From Eledone cirrhosa (Eukaryota), in contig CAXHJY010000352.1 of NCBI GenBank assembly GCA_964016885.1, positions 1-25,919 of the forward strand: 25,919 nt of DNA, written 5' to 3'. The notes under the pieces were generated by a model. The model had not been told where the DNA came from, did no database searches, and saw nothing but the letters and a program-made list of their open reading frames with translations. Of this stretch, positions 22,096-25,919 are shown piece by piece (position 1 is the stretch's first letter; each line of letters opens with the position of its first letter). The translations under genes and the position numbers were made by a program.

Positions 22096-22320
22096 TAACA
22101 GTGAAATGAGATGGGTTTAATAGTAAAGATTTGTTTTGTGAAGTGTGGTTGTAGTTGTGCTTGTAAGTGTTGTGTGTTGGGATGGTTGTGTGTGTGTATG
22201 TATATAATGTATATATGTATGTATATATATACATATACATATGTATTGTATGTTTTTGTACATATATACATATGTATTGTATGTTTTTGTACATATATAC
22301 ATATGTATTGTATGTTTTCG

Positions 22321-22510
22321 TGGAGTGGGAGACTCCTAGTCTTCATTAAGACATCTCTCTAGGAGAAGGTCACTCTGATATAAAACCTGTGACTTCCTTT
22401 GCATCCAATGACCTGGTCTTCTTTTGGGGTAAATGCTTTCGATATTCAGAGACCGGCATTGACCCCGTGGAAAGCCTTCCCTCGCGTAAAGCTTCAAGCA
22501 CAGACATCGC
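22321..22510 (+). mobile_element. Diverged relative of the 5' part of the 400-bp RTE-derived element
   Basis: Shares CTAGGAGAAGGnnACTCTGATATAAnACCTG, TCTTCTTTT-GG-TAAAT and AAAGCTTCAnGCACAGnCAT-GC with 1490-1650. Confidence 0.55.
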
Positions 22511-22620
22511 TTGATATGACATTTTTGTTTTTTTGCAGTGTATGGCATGTCATGGCTGGTCAGAGGTAGGTCCCTATGGCCAGGATTAAAAAGCCACGCC
22601 CGTGATGCTCATGCTTAAGT

Positions 22621-23028
22621 ATGACCATCTTCCCGTTCCGCGGTGGCAAACCTCTCGTCTGGGATGCCACTTGCAGCGACACTTTCTCTAGCCGCAACAT
22701 GGTGCAGTCTGCGACTAAACTGTCGCGGTGGGGGGGGGGGGGGGCTGAGGAGGCCAAACTCTCCAAGTACCGGTCGCTCTCCGACAGGTTCGCGGTCGTG
22801 GCCTTGGCAGTGGAGACTTCTAGTGTCGTTGGCCCTCGGGCTACCTCCCTACTCACCACCATAACCACTGAGCTGGCAAGCCGCAGGTGTGAGCCTCGCG
22901 AGTTGGAATGGCTCTTCCAGCGCGTCTCCCTTATCATCCTCCGGGGAAACGCCTTCTCCATCCTGCCCGCCGGGACTGTGCGGAGGCCAGCACGTGGGAC
23001 CCCATTTGCCCACCATACGGATCAATAG
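22621..23028 (+). pseudogene. Restriction-like endonuclease (RLE) C-terminal domain of CRE-clade non-LTR retrotransposon, 5'-truncated
   Basis: PFRGGKPLVWDATCSDT...AEEAKLSKY..L...F...AVET...G..A..L.......EPRE..WLFQRVS....RGNA matches the WDxT / E-x2-K-x2-KY / ET / QR-x-S-x4-RGNA pattern of CRE-type RLE domains; GC/CpG-rich relative to host DNA. Confidence 0.8.
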
Positions 23029-23200
23029 GCAAAGTTATAAACTATTGTAAACAAACCTATTTAATTCTAAAGTATTAAGCAATGGTGATACCCGAAATAG
23101 AGTTGCAGCCATTATTGTATGTTACTACTTATCTCTATATCTCAGAAGTACCAACCTTTCTCTCACTATACCTTATTTTGTGAATATATATTTATTACAG

Positions 23201-23408
23201 TACCTACCGCGACTCCTGTACCCTGTTAAACCGCATGAGAGACGAGGACTGGGGTGGTATGATGGCTAAGATCATTACCCAAGTTCAGAGTTATTTCTCA
23301 ACCCATAACATCTCCCTCGACTGTCCAGTTGCCAAGCAATCCATCTCAATATCTTCTATGAACATAAATCTACCCAACATACCATCATATCTGTCGTTTT
23401 TAGCTTCG
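23201..23408 (+). CDS. Gene B exon 3: ML-domain / GM2 activator-like protein
   Basis: Acceptor ttattacag| at 23200 and donor |gtaagt at 23409; 208 nt, phase 2 to 0. Encodes TYRDSCTLLNRMRDEDWGGMMAKIITQVQSYFSTHNISLDCPVAKQSISISSMNINLPNIPSYLSFLAS; 31/69 identical to gene A by manual alignment. Confidence 0.9.
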
Positions 23409-23472
23409 GTAAGTACCAGCTTCCTGCCGTCCTTATTACATCTTTTGTCTTTATTCTTTTATTCCTTTACTG

Positions 23473-23575
23473 CAGAGGTTCTCAAACTTTTGGGGTCACC
23501 GTCCCTTGCCCTCGCAGCCACGTAATACCCCCTCCCCCTATTTTCAGAGAGGCTTGCCTACCCACAAATTGTAAA
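23473..23575 (+). mobile_element. Possible hAT/Charlie-type left terminus fragment
   Basis: CAGAGGTTCTCAAACTTTT resembles hAT-Charlie TIRs; no partner TIR was found. Confidence 0.35.
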
Positions 23576-23611
23576 TAATAAATAAAATCGTTAATATAAT
23601 GGTTAATATAA

Positions 23612-23828
23612 TGGTTTCTTATATAGGCACAAAGCCAGCAATTTTGGGAGAGGGGAAAGTCAATTAAATCGACCCCCAGTGCGTGACTGGTACTTTATTT
23701 TATCGACCCCGTAAGGATGAAAGGCAAAATTAACCTCGGCGGGATTTGAACTCGGATCATAAAGGGCCGTAATTCTATGCTGCAAAGCATGGCGTCCGAC
23801 CCTTTACTGATACTGCCAATCCGTCGCC
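23612..23828 (-). mobile_element. Full-length OK-like SINE, long-form variant
   Basis: Retains an extra ~30-bp segment (minus strand GGGTCGATTTAATTGACTTTCCCCTCTCCCAAAATT) that is missing from the other copies. Confidence 0.85.
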
Positions 23829-23870
23829 TTTAATATTAATTTATATATAATAAATATAATATATATAAAC

Positions 23871-25781
23871 CAGTCATGGGCAACCTGCAGCCCGCGAACC
23901 TTTCTCAATGGCTCGCCTAAGTCACCAAAGTGAAATCTTTTTGAATGGCCCGCCTAAGTCACCAAAGTGAAATCTTTTTGAATGGCCCGCCTAAGTCACC
24001 AAAGTGAAATCTTTTTGAATGGCCCGCCTAAGTCACCAAAGTGAAATCTTTTTGAATGGCCCGCCTAAGTCACCAAAGTGAAATCTTTTTGAATGGCCCG
24101 CCTAAGTCACCAAAGTGAAATCTTTTTGAATGGCCCGCCTAAGTCACCAAAGTGAAATCTTTTTGAATGGCCCGCCTAAGTCACCAAAGTGAAATCTTTT
24201 TGAATGGCCCGCCTAAGTCACCAAAGTGAAATCTTTTTGAATGGCCCGCCTAAGTCACCAAAGTGAAATCTTTTTGAATGGCCCGCCTAAGTCACCAAAG
24301 TGAAATCTTTTTGAATGGCCCGCTTAAGTCACCAAAGTGAAATCTTTTTGAATGGCCCGCTTAAGTCACCAAAGTGAAATCTTTTTGAATGGCCCGCTTA
24401 AGTCACCAAAGTGAAATCTTTTTGAATGGCCCGCTTAAGTCACCAAAGTGAAATCTTTTTGAATGGCCCGCCTAAGTCACCAAAGTGAAATCTTTTTGAA
24501 TGGCCCGCCTAAGTCACCTCAGTGAAACCTTTCTCAATGGCTCGCCTAAGTCACCTCAGTGAAACCTTTCTCAATGGCTCGCCTAAGTCACCTCAGTGAA
24601 ACCTTTCTCAATGGCTCGCCTAAGTCACCTCAGTGAAACCTTTCTCAATGGCTCGCCTAAGTCACCTCAGTGAAACCTTTCTCAATGGCTCGCCTAAGTC
24701 ACCTCAGTGAAACCTTTCTCAATGGCTCGCCTAAGTCACCTCAGTGAAACCTTTCTCAATGGCTCGCCTAAGTCACCTCAGTGAAACCTTTCTCAATGGC
24801 TCGCCTAAGTCACCTCAGTGAAACCTTTCTCAATGGCTCGCCTAAGTCACCTCAGTGAAACCTTTCTCAATGGCTCGCCTAAGTCACCTCAGTGAAACCT
24901 TTCTCAATGGCTCGCCTAAGTCACCTCAGTGAAATCTTTCTCAATGGCTCGCCTAAGTCACCTCAGTGAAATCTTTCTCAATGGCTCGCCTAAGTCACCT
25001 CAGTGAAATCTTTCTCAATGGCTCGCCTAAGTCACCTCAGTGAAATCTTTCTCAATGGCTCGCCTAAGTCACCTCAGTGAAATCTTTCTCAATGGCTCGC
25101 CTAAGTCACCTCAGTGAAATCTTTCTCAATGGCTCGCCTAAGTCACCTCAGTGAAATCTTTCTCAATGGCTCGCCTAAGTCACCTCAGTGAAATCTTTCT
25201 CAATGGCTCGCCTAAGTCACCTCAGTGAAATCTTTCTCAATGGCTCGCCTAAGTCACCTCAGTGAAATCTTTCTCAATGGCTCGCCTAAGTCACCTCAGT
25301 GAAATCTTTCTCAATGGCTCGCCTAAGTCACCTCAGTGAAATCTTTCTCAATGGCTCGCCTAAGTCACCAAAGTGAAATCTTTCTCAATGGCTCGCCTAA
25401 GTCACCAAAGTGAAATCTTTCTCAATGGCTCGCCTAAGTCACCAAAGTGAAAGCTTTCTCAATGGCTCGCCTAAGTCACCAAAGTGAAAGCTTTCTCAAT
25501 GGCTCGCCTAAACCACCTAAGTGAAAGCTTTCTCAATGGCTCGCCTAAACCACCTAAGTGAAATATCTGATTTTTTTTACTCCAACTTTTCATTCGTAAT
25601 TTATCTTTCTATCATTTTTACGATCGAGGAAAATATGTACGAATTCTGAAGAAACAAATCAAAACACTTTGAGTTGCCGCCCTTTTTTTAATTTGGATAC
25701 GAATGTAAATTAGTGGTTGCGGCCCGCCTGATGATGAGCATCTCATGCGGCCCGCTTCTCGAAAAAAGTTGCCCATGCCTG
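23871..25781. mobile_element. hAT-like non-autonomous element (MITE) with internal minisatellite expansion
   Basis: 14-bp TIRs CAGTCATGGGCAAC (23871-23884) and GTTGCCCATGCCTG (25768-25781), 1 mismatch; 8-bp TSD ATATAAAC (23863-23870) and ATATATAC (25782-25789) with central TA; subterminal GCGGCCCGC motifs. Confidence 0.85.
23897..25563. repeat. 37-bp minisatellite, roughly 45 units
   Basis: Units GCCTAAGTCACCAAAGTGAAATCTTTTTGAATGGCCC and GCCTAAGTCACCTCAGTGAAACCTTTCTCAATGGCTC in head-to-tail blocks with no spacers. Confidence 0.95.
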
Positions 25782-25818
25782 ATATATACTATGTATAAAT
25801 ATTATATATATTTTGTTT

Positions 25819-25857
<39 letters not shown>

Positions 25858-25919
25858 TATGAAAACGTGGCGTGCTGCGTGGTTGCAAATGGGTTACATA
25901 TGAATAAATTTAGTCCTTC

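Noticed and set aside
21377-22346. Minus-strand 305-aa and 266-aa ORFs
   Set aside because: Low-complexity triplet repeat; the non-repetitive tail is simply antisense to gene B exon 2
23897-25563. 37-bp repeats as a CRISPR array
   Set aside because: Repeat length is CRISPR-like, but the units are head-to-tail with no unique spacers, there are no cas genes, the context is a eukaryotic intron and the array lies inside a hAT MITE
25728-25770. CTGATGA...GAAA as a hammerhead ribozyme
   Set aside because: No convincing stem I or stem III with a UH cleavage site; it lies in the subterminal region of the hAT MITE
25561-25919. Gene B terminal exon within the window
   Set aside because: No AG followed by a G-D/N-Y...C frame was found after 23409; it is presumably downstream

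Overview
AT-rich, microsatellite-dense eukaryotic (animal) genomic DNA. It is most likely an octopus or other coleoid cephalopod, inferred only from the recurring tRNA-derived SINE and CORE-SINE, which resemble the octopus OK and OR families. The only real protein-coding content is a pair of tandem, same-strand, spliced paralogs of the ML (MD-2-related lipid-recognition) family, most similar to GM2 activator protein. Gene A has exons at 1175-1367, 2217-2424 and 9502-9591 (stop); its first exon is upstream of the window. Gene B has exons at 18585-18660 (ATG and signal peptide), 21373-21565 and 23201-23408; its last exon was not found and is presumably downstream. Exon sizes (193 and 208 nt) and intron phases are identical between the two, with about 43% amino-acid identity over the shared exons and no indels. 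Everything else is repetitive. It includes about 13 OK-like SINE copies or fragments, RTE- and CRE-type LINE remnants, a piggyBac-like MITE and a hAT-like MITE each expanded internally into a minisatellite (both in intron 3, one per paralog), other minisatellites, several intronic fold-back repeats and a degenerate hammerhead-ribozyme-like motif. The long ORFs in the ORF track are repeat artefacts. No prokaryotic system or CRISPR array is present.
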